Shown here: in pieces, positions 1-9,973 of the stretch
Layout of the letters: every line of letters begins with the position of its first letter
How positions within the stretch are numbered: position 1 is the first letter of the stretch
Source: Candidatus Zhuqueibacterota bacterium
Lineage (GTDB): Bacteria; Zhuqueibacterota; Zhuqueibacteria; Oceanimicrobiales; Oceanimicrobiaceae
Reading direction: 5' to 3'
NCBI GenBank assembly: GCA_029262055.1
Contig: JAJDAD010000036.1
Location: forward strand, 26,772 to 90,771
DNA: 64,000 bases
Made by a program: the position numbers and the translations under genes
Notes under the pieces: model-generated
Told to the model about the DNA's origin: nothing
Databases searched by the model: none
Seen by the model: the letters and a program-made list of their open reading frames with translations, nothing else

Positions 1-108
1 ATCGAGGTCAGGAGGGACGGGTTTTCCCCTATCCCCCGAGATGTGATTGTAGAAGTTGAGAAGGGTCAGACCAAGTATGTCTCATTTACCCTTAATAAGA
101 ATCAGTAG
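1..108 (+). CDS. 3' end of a CDS running off the window, PEGA-like C-terminal domain
   Basis: Frame 1 reads IEVRRDGFSPIPRDVIVEVEKGQTKYVSFTLNKNQ* (TAG 106-108), a typical PEGA/beta-sandwich end; converges on the next gene. Confidence 0.55.
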   Translation: MEVRRDGFSPIPRDVIVEVEKGQTKYVSFTLNKNQ

Positions 109-109
109 A

Positions 110-847
110 TTAGTTCGGGTGTAGAGGAGGAGCCGGTAAGTCTGCTGCCGGTGTATCGCTACCGGAGATCACCGTCGTATAAAGGACCGCGCCTGCGGTT
201 GCCAGAATCCCACCGCGAATTGCCCACTTCAATCCCTTTTTAGAGTTTCTGTCGGCATAAGATTTGTTGAGCTTGACATGTAGTGTGTCTGTTTTGCCAG
301 CGTGCAGCTCGAGAGGAATAAACTGTTGTTCGTAACCGTCTTCGGTAAGCAGTAGCTGGTATTTCTTGGAGATCAACTCGCAGATGGTCAGCGGCGTTGT
401 TTCATCGAAGAGGATGCTGTCTCCTTTCACGCCGACCAGGTCTATTTCTTCAGGCTCCGACGTGACATAGAGACACCCGACCAGCTCTTCCTTGACTTCA
501 TCGAAAGGATCTATCAGGTCGGGGGGAATGACCATTTCGTCCAGCTCCCGATTGGGATCGATTGCAATCGCCTTTGCGAATACGGCTTTTACTTCTGTGC
601 TTGAAGCGTTCTGGCGCAACAGAACAAAGCCAGTATACAGGTAAGCTTCAAACAGATATTCAGGCTTGGCATCAGTGCTCAAAGTTACATCTTTGAGAGA
701 CTGCAAGGCATCCTCAAATTTGGCCTCCCAAAAGAACTTCTTCCCGTGGATTAGCTGTTGCAGCGCCTGGTCCTGCCCAAAAACCGCGGCCGCGCAAAGG
801 CTGGCTCCGACAAATGTCAGCAAGGATATCGCTTTTATTCGAGTCAT
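110..847 (-). CDS. Secreted TPR-like + PEGA-like protein with C-terminal TM/LPxPP tail
   Basis: Likely start MTRIK (ATG 847); signal peptide; helical TPR-like region (EAYLYTG..FAKAIAIDP); PEGA-like LYVTSEP..TPL..GY; tail KWAIRGGILATAGAVLY..DLPAPPLHPN. Confidence 0.7.
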   Translation of the reverse strand: MTRIKAISLLTFVGASLCAAAVFGQDQALQQLIHGKKFFWEAKFEDALQSLKDVTLSTDAKPEYLFEAYLYTGFVLLRQNASSTEVKAVFAKAIAIDPNRELDEMVIPPDLIDPFDEVKEELVGCLYVTSEPEEIDLVGVKGDSILFDETTPLTICELISKKYQLLLTEDGYEQQFIPLELHAGKTDTLHVKLNKSYADRNSKKGLKWAIRGGILATAGAVLYTTVISGSDTPAADLPAPPLHPN

Positions 848-872
848 ATTTTTTCTGTCCCGGTTATATTTT

Positions 873-3800
873 TTATCGAACCAACAGGATTTTACGTGTC
901 TGCGTAAAGCGATTCGCCTCCAGGCGAACAAAGTAGACGCCGGTTCCAATTTCGACGCCACGGCCGTCCCGGCCATCCCACTGAACTTTGTAGACCCCGG
1001 CTTCTTGTCTCTCCTGGGTCAGCGTGCGTACTTGTTGTCCCAGGATGTTGAGAATGCGCATCGTGACGCTTCCGGCCTCAGCCAGGTGATAGGTGATGGT
1101 CGTGCCCGCGTTAAACGGGTTCGGGTAATTCGGCAGAAGGCTGGAGCTCTGCGGGACAATGGAGTTCAAAGCTTCCGAGGTTGCAAGGTAGTCCGCAGTA
1201 CCGACCAGCAAGTCGAATTCCCGTGCCTCACCATCCTTCTGAATAAACGAATATGTGGCGCTTTGCCGGATGTCGATTTGTCGCAGGGTGGCCTTATCAA
1301 CGAGGACGACTTCAAACCGCGCCGGCAACGAGGGGAGATCTGTAAAGTCAAGCTGCACAGTTTTGTTTTCTAAAGTGGTTGTCACTTCGAACGACCAGAC
1401 CTCGCCATCATCGAACGACGGACGAAAATCGGTCTTGTAGTATCCGGCAAGTCTATCCCAGTCGGTGTGCGGAAAGCGTACCGAAATGAAATCTCCCGGG
1501 AAAGGTGGCTCCAGAAAGTCGTGTTTATCGCGAACCTCGGTTGCATCGTCGGCCACACCCAGGCGGCCAATTCTGTCGCTGAGAAAGTCGCTGGTTGCAG
1601 TTATGCCTAACGCCCAGTCAATCGCATCAGCCCTTTCCGCATTGGTCTTGCTGAGCGAGCCAATAGATGCTGTCGGTGTTATGGCCAGACGGACGCCATC
1701 GGATTCGCTAAAGAAAGAGTAGCCCTCCCAGGGCCGGAGTTGTGGCACCTGGTCAGGTAGAAGCCAGCTTCCCTGGTAGTGATACGGGCCAACCACATCG
1801 TTGGCATCCCCTTGAATGACCTGCACGCTGGCTGCGTCGATGGGAAATGGGAAGGACATGCCGATGTCGTTCCAGCCCCGGTTCAAAGTAACTGTGAACG
1901 GCTCGTTCGTCCGTACCGTTGTGCCCGGACCAGTATCTATGACTTTGTCAGCGTCCCGGACGATTAGCCACAATGCCCTGAACGGGTCGAATGCCGAAAC
2001 ATTGGGGAATTCGATGTATTCATTACTGGCCGTATTGAACTGAAACAGGCGCCATTTGGCGGGATCGTACGGGCCGAGATCATCTTCCAGGACTGACGTT
2101 ACGGCTTTGTCGGAGAGATTGAGCGGCACGGAAATCATTCGAAAGGCCACAACCTCCTGACCACTTGGCTGGGCAGTTGCATTCACCACGCCCTCGCTGT
2201 CATTGCCGACAATGGTCACACTTAGATTGAATGGCGTTGTCTGCCATTCCTCCGGCAGGAAGGCCACGTTGCTGCCATCGCTCACTCTGAAAAAATAATT
2301 GACGCCGTTTGCGGTTAGCTCAGCCTCGGAGAGAGAGGCCGTAAATGTGCTGCCATCCGAGCTGGTCATGATTCTTTCCGTGTAGTCCAGAGTGCCGCCA
2401 CCCCTGAAGAACAGTTTTGCTTCAACAATCTGATTGTTGTCTTGCGCTTGAATCTGCAGTTGTACACCGGCTCCCTGCGCCACTGTATTTGGCGTTGAAT
2501 GCTGGATCTGCGGCCCGCTGACATCGGTAAAGCCGGTGTCTACGATGGTTGTCGCTTCCGGCGTGTTCAGAAAGCTTTCTATGTTCCCGACATTGTCGTA
2601 CGCCACTACTTCGAAATCGTAGGTCAAGCCATGGTCCCCCTGAAATGTGGTGGAGGTGCCAGTGAAGCTGGTCAGCAAATCCTCCCAGTCGTCGCCGTCT
2701 TCTCGAAAACGCACATCATAGATACCGGACAGTCCGGAGCCTGCGCCGTCAGTCCCGCTTCCGTTCCAGCTTATGACAAATGCTTCGTCGCGGCTGGTAT
2801 CTGGTGCGGAGACAGTGGTACCGGTTGGCGCTGTTGCATCGAGGCGGAAACGGGTGGAGTCTGTGTCGCTGCTACCGGCACTATCGCTAACAGCAAATTT
2901 TACATGGTACAATCCGTCGGCGCGACCGGCAATGCTAAGGTTGAACGACACCGGCACATCCTGACCGCTCGGAACGCCTTGCACTTCGATAACCGTGTCG
3001 AGGTCAGTGGAAGTAAGCGTAGCCGTGCTGGCATGTGTTTCGGTGTATTCGAGAACTGTCTGAGCAAGGGCTGTATTGGCCTGGTTGTACCAATCGAGAC
3101 CGAAGTCAGCGTTGACAAAATCCATCTCGAAGATTTCGGGCTGGGTGTTGTCATAGCGCAGATTTATGCTGCCGGCATTGTTAAAGTCGAGATTTCCTCT
3201 TTGATCCTGAAACCACAGGTAGAGACTCTGGCCGTCTTCTTGTGTCACAGCCAGGTTAAGCGAATTCCCTTGTCGAATTGCTCCGGTGGTATCGAAGTTT
3301 GCCGTTGGCGCAGAACCTAATTTGTACAGGGCCGCTGCGATTCCGCTTGGGTCGGAGGGCGCCTGCCATGATACCAGAAAATTAGGAATGGCTTGCCAGG
3401 CGCTGGGATTTGAGCCATTGGCGAGCAGTAGCGTCGGCGGCCCGGGCGCTGTAACATCGCCGGCCGTGCTGTCAACCAGCGTCGTGCTTTCCGCGGTCTG
3501 GGTAAAGGCTTCCACATTGCCCGCGACATCGTGCGCGACGACTTCAAACCCGTAGTTATTGCCGTGCACACCGGTGAAGTCTGCGGAAGTACCCGGGAAG
3601 TTGACCAGCCAGTCCTGGAACAGGCCGCCGTTTGTTTGTACTTTTACGTCATAGATTCCGGACAGACCAGACGAACCTGCACCATCATCGCCGCTGCCGG
3701 TCCAGGTCACGGCAAAGACCGGGTTGATGCTGACGCTCGGCGAGGAGGCCTGGGTGCCGGTGGGTGCGGTAGCATCATAGCGCAAGGTTACCGCAGCCCG

Positions 3801-6524
3801 GTTTTGGAAATCGACATTTCCCGTGTTGTCCACCAGCCAAAGATGTAGGTCTTGTCCGTTTTCCGCTGTTGCCTGAGCGATGAAAGCCGTAGCTCCGGCT
3901 ACCGAGCCGCTGGTGTCGAAGTTTGCAGTCGGCGGCGCGCCAAGCTTGAACAGAGCGCGTTCTATCCCACTTGCGTCCTGTGGGTTATCCCAGGTAATCG
4001 TGTAAAGAGGATTGTTTTGCCATGGACTCGGGTTGGAGGTGTTTGCCTCTAGGCTTACGGGTGGTCCGGGGGCGGTATTGTCGGTGACGGTGTCGACCAG
4101 GGTTGTGGTTTCCGCTATGTCCAGGAATGCTTCCACATTGTCGACGTTGTCATGGGCGGCGGCCTCGAATCCGTACGAAGCACCCTGTTCACCGGTAAAG
4201 GAGGACGAGGTGCCTGGAAGATTAGTGCGCCAGGGAACCCATGGGCCACCGCCGATCTGAAACTGGACATCATAGGAGCCCGATAGCCCCGATCCTGAGC
4301 CGTCACTGGCGGTTCCGGCCCAGTCGACGGTGAACGTCAACTGCTGGCTGGTCGCCGGTGAGCTGGCAACCGCGCCGGTGGGCGCTGTGCCGTCCAGTGC
4401 GATACTGGAGTTGGCCGCTACCGAATTGCCTGCACTGTCAAAAACCGTGACGCTGAGCGGGTAGCTGCCATCCGCTGCGCCGGTTATGCCGAGTTGGACT
4501 TGAGTGGTTTGATCCAGCCCGCTGGCAATGCCGGTGATCTGCTGAGTGCCACCCAGGGCGCCAAGATCGAACAGCGCGCTTTGTGCTCTGCTCTCATCAT
4601 ATTGCGCAATCAGATCGACTGTTGCGACGGTGTTTTGGTTGTACCAGTTGGGAAGGAACCCTGGGGTTGGGTTCGTTAAGCTAACCGAATCGATATTTGG
4701 ATCAGTGCCATCAACTGTGAGTTTCCGCGAGCCGGATGCCGGTCCGAAAACCGTCCCGTCGTGCGCTGTGACCCGCCAGTAGTAGCTGCCATCTGCGAGA
4801 GAGGCGCTAGCTGCATAAGACACATCGCTGACGGTTTGAGCCACCGGAGGTGTTGGCGAAAAGCCGGTGACATCAGAGCGGGAGTCGGCACTCAACACGG
4901 TGCTGGCAAAATCAGCTACCTGGCTGATTTCTACCAGGAAGTGCAGTGAGTCGCCGTCGTTATCGACCGGCACATTCCAGTTGAGGACGAGTGGCGTCAC
5001 TGACTGATTCAGGAAAGTCAAATCAGCAGGCGTGTTCAGGGTAGGCGCTGCCGGAGCATCGTTCAAGACCGGGAAGCTGCCATTAAAAAAGACATGAAGC
5101 TGGTCGGAGTCCCAGGCGGCGGACGCAATGTCCAGGATACCGTCACGGTTTAGATCGCCAAGCGCGAGCGAGCGCGGTTGCAGGCCGGTCGCGTAGGTAG
5201 AGTCACTGGTGAACCCTCCGGAACCATCGTTGAGAAGAACCTGGACGTTATTGTCATCCTTGTTGGAAACAACTACGTCAGGATCTGTGTCTCCATCCAG
5301 GTCGCCGACCGCCATGCCGAACGGGTCTGCGCCGGCTGCAAAGTCGGTTTTGCCTGAAAAAGAACCAGTTTGATTATTGAGGAGGATGGAGATGCTACTA
5401 CCGCCGCGGTTAACTGTCGCAACATCCAGGAAACCGTCCTGATCGTAATCGTGCCCAAGAACGACTCTTGGTCCATTGCCACTGTTGGAGTTGTCCGGCG
5501 TTCCGAAATCACCTGTTCCGTCATTTAGAAGCAGGGAAACGGTGGCACTACTTGAGTTTGCCACGACAATATCGGGAAATCCGTCATTGTTGAAGTCCGC
5601 AACAAACGCCGATTGTGGCGTAGTCTGCACTTGGTAGTCCACTCGATTAGGAAATGTCCCGTTACCTGCGTTTAAGAAAACAGATATATCATTGTCCGCA
5701 CCGTTGACGACAACAAGGTCCATGAAGCCATCACCATCAAGATCTCCGACGGTCAAATGAACCGGACTATTGCCGACGGCAATCACAGAGCCGCGTACGG
5801 TGTACCCGCCACTGCCATCGTTATCCGCTATTGATACGGTATTCGCGTTTTCGTTCGCGACAGCAAGATCAAGATCGTTGTCCTGGTCAAAATCACCGAT
5901 GGTCAACGAGCGTGGTGAGTTTCCGACCGTATAGTTCGTGTCGCGACTGAAGTCGCCGGTACCGGTGTTGAGCCACGTCCTGAAATTTGCGTCTTTGCTG
6001 TGTGGGATGGCGATATCCTGGCCACCGCCGCCGGTCAATTCGGCAATACCGACAAAGTGTGGACCATTGTCTGCGGCATAGGTTGAATCCAGTTCAAACT
6101 TGGCCGTCCCCGAAACAGTCTTGACGAAAAATGACCACTGAAAAGCAGACGCCAGTGGTACGCCTGAGTTGTTGAGAATGCTCTGGGTGAGAATCGCTAT
6201 GACCATCTCTCCCGCTTCGAACGCTACTGCCGGTGTAAAGGATGCTGTTCGCGAGCCTGCATCGTAACTGTAGTTGCCGGCATGAAAGCCCGTCCGTTCG
6301 CCATAGATCAGGAAGTTGGGCGAATCCAGTGTGGCCGCGTTCATGTCCTGGTCAAATTGTATTGTGACGGCCGTGGTTGTGTCATTCGACAGAGAATGTC
6401 GGCCAGGCGTAAAACCCGAGATTTGCGGCGCTTGCGCCTGCGCTTGATTCACTAGCAGCCCGAGCCCTAGCAGTGCAATTTTCGAAGCCGAAAAAGAAGG
6501 CTTTGACATTTGTGCCTCTTTCAT
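873..6524 (-). CDS. Large secreted protein: Ig-like (Big_5) + FG-GAP/VCBS propeller + Ig/FN3-like repeats + FlgD-Ig/T9SS-type CTD
   Basis: 1883 aa; signal peptide; repeated GDLDGDGxxDLVV motifs; internal repeats DxTAPTG..GSGLSG.YDV (x3); ends PNYPNPFNAGTTITY..GVYFVRL..RKILLVR. Confidence 0.9.
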   Translation of the reverse strand: MKEAQMSKPSFSASKIALLGLGLLVNQAQAQAPQISGFTPGRHSLSNDTTTAVTIQFDQDMNAATLDSPNFLIYGERTGFHAGNYSYDAGSRTASFTPAVAFEAGEMVIAILTQSILNNSGVPLASAFQWSFFVKTVSGTAKFELDSTYAADNGPHFVGIAELTGGGGQDIAIPHSKDANFRTWLNTGTGDFSRDTNYTVGNSPRSLTIGDFDQDNDLDLAVANENANTVSIADNDGSGGYTVRGSVIAVGNSPVHLTVGDLDGDGFMDLVVVNGADNDISVFLNAGNGTFPNRVDYQVQTTPQSAFVADFNNDGFPDIVVANSSSATVSLLLNDGTGDFGTPDNSNSGNGPRVVLGHDYDQDGFLDVATVNRGGSSISILLNNQTGSFSGKTDFAAGADPFGMAVGDLDGDTDPDVVVSNKDDNNVQVLLNDGSGGFTSDSTYATGLQPRSLALGDLNRDGILDIASAAWDSDQLHVFFNGSFPVLNDAPAAPTLNTPADLTFLNQSVTPLVLNWNVPVDNDGDSLHFLVEISQVADFASTVLSADSRSDVTGFSPTPPVAQTVSDVSYAASASLADGSYYWRVTAHDGTVFGPASGSRKLTVDGTDPNIDSVSLTNPTPGFLPNWYNQNTVATVDLIAQYDESRAQSALFDLGALGGTQQITGIASGLDQTTQVQLGITGAADGSYPLSVTVFDSAGNSVAANSSIALDGTAPTGAVASSPATSQQLTFTVDWAGTASDGSGSGLSGSYDVQFQIGGGPWVPWRTNLPGTSSSFTGEQGASYGFEAAAHDNVDNVEAFLDIAETTTLVDTVTDNTAPGPPVSLEANTSNPSPWQNNPLYTITWDNPQDASGIERALFKLGAPPTANFDTSGSVAGATAFIAQATAENGQDLHLWLVDNTGNVDFQNRAAVTLRYDATAPTGTQASSPSVSINPVFAVTWTGSGDDGAGSSGLSGIYDVKVQTNGGLFQDWLVNFPGTSADFTGVHGNNYGFEVVAHDVAGNVEAFTQTAESTTLVDSTAGDVTAPGPPTLLLANGSNPSAWQAIPNFLVSWQAPSDPSGIAAALYKLGSAPTANFDTTGAIRQGNSLNLAVTQEDGQSLYLWFQDQRGNLDFNNAGSINLRYDNTQPEIFEMDFVNADFGLDWYNQANTALAQTVLEYTETHASTATLTSTDLDTVIEVQGVPSGQDVPVSFNLSIAGRADGLYHVKFAVSDSAGSSDTDSTRFRLDATAPTGTTVSAPDTSRDEAFVISWNGSGTDGAGSGLSGIYDVRFREDGDDWEDLLTSFTGTSTTFQGDHGLTYDFEVVAYDNVGNIESFLNTPEATTIVDTGFTDVSGPQIQHSTPNTVAQGAGVQLQIQAQDNNQIVEAKLFFRGGGTLDYTERIMTSSDGSTFTASLSEAELTANGVNYFFRVSDGSNVAFLPEEWQTTPFNLSVTIVGNDSEGVVNATAQPSGQEVVAFRMISVPLNLSDKAVTSVLEDDLGPYDPAKWRLFQFNTASNEYIEFPNVSAFDPFRALWLIVRDADKVIDTGPGTTVRTNEPFTVTLNRGWNDIGMSFPFPIDAASVQVIQGDANDVVGPYHYQGSWLLPDQVPQLRPWEGYSFFSESDGVRLAITPTASIGSLSKTNAERADAIDWALGITATSDFLSDRIGRLGVADDATEVRDKHDFLEPPFPGDFISVRFPHTDWDRLAGYYKTDFRPSFDDGEVWSFEVTTTLENKTVQLDFTDLPSLPARFEVVLVDKATLRQIDIRQSATYSFIQKDGEAREFDLLVGTADYLATSEALNSIVPQSSSLLPNYPNPFNAGTTITYHLAEAGSVTMRILNILGQQVRTLTQERQEAGVYKVQWDGRDGRGVEIGTGVYFVRLEANRFTQTRKILLVR

Positions 6525-6917
6525 AATTATGAATGTCTACAAAACGTTAGTTGTATGAACAGCGAAGGACAAGTGGATAAATACCAGCGTAGGAGATGCT
6601 CAAAGGGGTCTGGTGTTATGATCGAAGCTGTTTTCCCTGGCCTGCGAGAATCATCGCTGCAAACCCAAAACGAGTTACATTAATGTTAAATGTCCTAAGT
6701 CCAAAGCACCTTATTTTACCTGCAAATACATGTTGCTGCGTAATCCTTGCACCTGTCCAGAGTGGGTTTCTAATATTAGCGGTTTGTTGAGGTGAAAAGT
6801 TAAACTTCCGGCGGTGACAATTTGTAAACATGCACGGGCTAGTGCGTCAAACGTGGAAGCTGAGAAAGGGGTGGATGCGAGTGATCTGTCGGGTGCCCAC
6901 GGTTAGAGGTTGGACCT

Positions 6918-8411
6918 TCAGAAAGCTACATAGGCGTCGCCAACCTGCCGGCACTTCTTTTCCTCGATAAGTTTCTGCAAGCCCGCGCGCAAAGACAGTT
7001 CCGCCAGGGGCCACACCGAGCGGTCCACGTCATCGTACACCTTGGCGAGCAGTTCGGCGGAAGATTGCGCCTGGCTACCCAGTGCAGCCAGCAGTTTTTG
7101 TTCACGTGCTTGTCGGTGTTCGATAAAATGCGTCAACACGTCCCGACCGGTCTGCATTGCCGGTCCGTGGCTTGGGTAGATCGTGCCGGTGGTTATGTCG
7201 CGCAACCGGTGCAGCGAGTTCATGTACGTGCCGAGATGGCCATCAGGAGGGTTAATGACGATTGTGGACAAGGTCGATACCATGTCGCCGGCAATGACTG
7301 CTCCGTACCGGCTTTCCTGAAAGGCCAGATGGCCGGAGGCGTGGCCTGGTGTGTGCAAAGCTGTCAGTTTCCACCCAGGTTGACCGTCCGGAGAGGCACC
7401 CAGATCCAACTCGTCTTTGTCATGCAGGAATCGATCGCAGACCAGAGGTGCGATGCGGTCCGCTGTCAGTGGGTGGGCATAAACCGGCAACTGGTAGCGT
7501 GTCTGCGCCTGCGCCACGGCACCCGTGTGGTCACTGTGATGATGGGTCAACAGAATAGCCGCTAACGTTTGTCCTTCTGCTATTCGTTTATCAAGATAGT
7601 CCCACAGGCGTTGTTGCTCGGCCGAATCGGCCGGTGCGGGGTCGATGAGATAAAGATGTTGATCCCCCACCAGATAACTGTTCGTGTGCGTTGCCGGTAA
7701 CAGGGTGCGGGTCTTCAAAGGCAGCATTTGGACGCCCGGCGTGAAATAGATCTCATGGATTGCGCCGGCGGCATAGGACTGCGCGTGCTGGTCGAGCGCT
7801 GCCATACTGCCTGCCAGAGATGTTTGAGCGACTTCCGCCAGGATGAAAACAGCCGGCGGAACCAGAAGGATGTCATCCGCCCGCCACATCCGGAGCGTAT
7901 CTTGTGCATCACAGAATCGGCCGTCTACCAGTTCCCCCAGCAGGATTTCCGGGTTTTGCCCCTCGGGGATTTGTGCCCAATAAAACCGGGTGTCGTAGCG
8001 CACGGGTGCAAATTCAGGCGTCAGGAGAGTAGCTATGAAATTGAAATTCCGGGAGTCGACGCTGAGCCTTTCGTTGCTCAGGAACTCGTTGAATGTGATT
8101 TTTTCCGCAAGTAGTTGTCGCCGGTACTCGCGCCGCTGCCCGACAGAAAGTGCCTGGGCTCCGCCGCAAAGCAAGATTCCTGTTTCTTCGAAGATCTCAC
8201 GGGCCGCCGCCACCAGGTAAGGTGCGTCCTCCTTCGAATCGCCTGTATGCAGGGCGACTGCAACTTCGCTGTCCTCAGCATCCAGGGTGCCGCCGGGAAA
8301 AGCAAAGTATCCGCCGAAAAACCGCAGCTTCGGGTTGCGTTCTACCAGATAGATTTCCCTGCTTTCCGGTATTCTTGTCAGAATGACGCAGACCGCTTTG
8401 CGAGATGACAT
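6918..8411 (-). CDS. NUDIX hydrolase - metallo-beta-lactamase (LACTB2-like) fusion
   Basis: NUDIX box FPGG..AAAREIFEETG; MBL motifs THHHSDH, HTPGHASGH, AGD, PSHG; likely start ATG 8411. Confidence 0.85.
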   Translation of the reverse strand: MSSRKAVCVILTRIPESREIYLVERNPKLRFFGGYFAFPGGTLDAEDSEVAVALHTGDSKEDAPYLVAAAREIFEETGILLCGGAQALSVGQRREYRRQLLAEKITFNEFLSNERLSVDSRNFNFIATLLTPEFAPVRYDTRFYWAQIPEGQNPEILLGELVDGRFCDAQDTLRMWRADDILLVPPAVFILAEVAQTSLAGSMAALDQHAQSYAAGAIHEIYFTPGVQMLPLKTRTLLPATHTNSYLVGDQHLYLIDPAPADSAEQQRLWDYLDKRIAEGQTLAAILLTHHHSDHTGAVAQAQTRYQLPVYAHPLTADRIAPLVCDRFLHDKDELDLGASPDGQPGWKLTALHTPGHASGHLAFQESRYGAVIAGDMVSTLSTIVINPPDGHLGTYMNSLHRLRDITTGTIYPSHGPAMQTGRDVLTHFIEHRQAREQKLLAALGSQAQSSAELLAKVYDDVDRSVWPLAELSLRAGLQKLIEEKKCRQVGDAYVAF

Positions 8412-8631
8412 GATTGTATTCGATATCCGGGGAAAACTGCTTCTATCTTTATAGGTTGGCTGACTAATGTCTGGCCTGTGTCCGCGCAACATAGGAATTT
8501 ATCCAACCCCGATCAAATGTTTGTATGGCATTTATCGAGCGCCCGACTATTTCATGCCAGACCCTTGACTCGTTGCCGGCAACTTCTTACCTTTGCCTTG
8601 TTCAGTCCTTTGGTGAAACAGGAGAAGAGTC

Positions 8632-9585
8632 ATGTCCAGACGTTTTATCGTAACCGTTTGTTGCCTCGCGGCGCTGTCCATCGCCACCATGCTACCAGCC
8701 ATGTCGGATTGGTCCGGGACGATCAAAGCGCGGCAATGCCGTGTCTCCGAATCGGCCATGGCTGAAGTCCAGAAGAAATATCCCAATCCGTTTGAGGCGC
8801 CGGCCAACGCCTTCATTACGGGCGCCGCGGCACTGGGCGAACCGGTAGAATTTGACAGCATCACTATTTACGTCAACAGCGCGGGAGACATGGCCTCGGT
8901 GAGTATCGGCCCCGACGGCAAGGTGAAGTTTGTGTACAAGAACGCGACAGAGACCATCCACGTGATCCAATACAACGAAAAACGTGTCATGTTTGCAGAA
9001 AAGAAAGACGTGCAGGAGACCACCAAACAGGCTGCTGACGTTATGAGTGACATGAATAAGCGCATGGCCGAAGCGATGAAGGGTGCTAACCTGACCAAAG
9101 AACAGGAAGAGGCGGCCCGGCGCTATCTGCCCGGGTTCGGCAAGAGCGAAGAGGACGACGCAACCGTCGAGGCCACAAGTAAAACCAGATCACACCTTGA
9201 TAGAACCATGAAACTCTTCGTTGTCAGGAAGGGCCCCAAAACCAAGGCAATTTGGGCTGCTTCGGATGACAAGGATCTGGAGCATACGTTCAGAACCATG
9301 AGCAAGAGAATGCGGGACATGGTCAGTATGGGCAAGCAAGAGAAAGACGAGGCAGAGTTGCTCCCTGCCGGGTATTATCCCCTCGAATCGGTGGAAATCG
9401 AGTCCGGCAGCTTTGGCGGACGGGAGATCGATGTGAGGGAAACCTTGAGCATCCAGCGCGGCAATCCCGGGAAAGAACCGTTCTATGTTCCGGGAAAAGC
9501 TGACGGTTTTACGGTTTCCAGTTTCAAAGAGGCGATGAGCGGGATGCAGCCTCCCGGTGGCGGCATGAAGATGAAAAGACGATAA
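8632..9585 (+). CDS. Secreted hypothetical protein (DUF4412-like)
   Basis: 317 aa, AGGAG RBS, signal peptide; layout resembles DUF4412 proteins (recognised by eye). Confidence 0.6.
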   Translation: MSRRFIVTVCCLAALSIATMLPAMSDWSGTIKARQCRVSESAMAEVQKKYPNPFEAPANAFITGAAALGEPVEFDSITIYVNSAGDMASVSIGPDGKVKFVYKNATETIHVIQYNEKRVMFAEKKDVQETTKQAADVMSDMNKRMAEAMKGANLTKEQEEAARRYLPGFGKSEEDDATVEATSKTRSHLDRTMKLFVVRKGPKTKAIWAASDDKDLEHTFRTMSKRMRDMVSMGKQEKDEAELLPAGYYPLESVEIESGSFGGREIDVRETLSIQRGNPGKEPFYVPGKADGFTVSSFKEAMSGMQPPGGGMKMKRR

Positions 9586-9591
9586 AATGAT

Positions 9592-9620
9592 TTGACTTTG
9601 TCAACAGCGCGATCTATTTT
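9592..9620 (+). promoter_or_regulatory. Sigma70-like promoter
   Basis: TTGACT (9592-9597) - 17 nt - TATTTT (9615-9620). Confidence 0.5.
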
Positions 9621-9625
9621 TGAGG

Positions 9626-9855
9626 CAGAGTTGTCCTAGTACGTTGGGAATTCATCCAGGGGGATTCCGGACGGTAGGTTTGACGCCCTGAAGAAGGAGG
9701 TGATCCTATTTCTAGTAGAGCAGAGATAGGGACCTCCGGAAACGTACGCTAAACCAGTTAGATCAAACAATCAACCTTGTCTAACTAGGTAAGCAACCTT
9801 TTCGGAGTCTCTGAAAAGTAGTAAGGCCTTGCTTCATTGAAGCAGGGCCTTTTTT
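9626..9855 (+). ncRNA. Putative structured small RNA (or micro-ORF mRNA), family unidentified
   Basis: Lies between a promoter and an intrinsic terminator; several stems (9696-9737, 9756-9786, 9798-9818); no normal ORF. Confidence 0.55.
9823..9855 (+). terminator. Rho-independent terminator
   Basis: AAGGCCTTGCTTCA-TTGAAGCAGGGCCTT stem followed by T tract. Confidence 0.8.
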
Positions 9856-9973
9856 GTTAAGCAAAGACACGCACGCCGATGTCGGGTGAACCGTTTGAGT
9901 CATGCTCTCTTCTGGAGGTCCCCGGCCATTAACACAGGAGTTGAACAGGAAGTGTCACCTAGGCAAAAATCAT

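Noticed and set aside
9694..9706. 16S rRNA gene fragment on the minus strand
   Set aside because: The match stops after 13 nt; the flanks are not rRNA-like.
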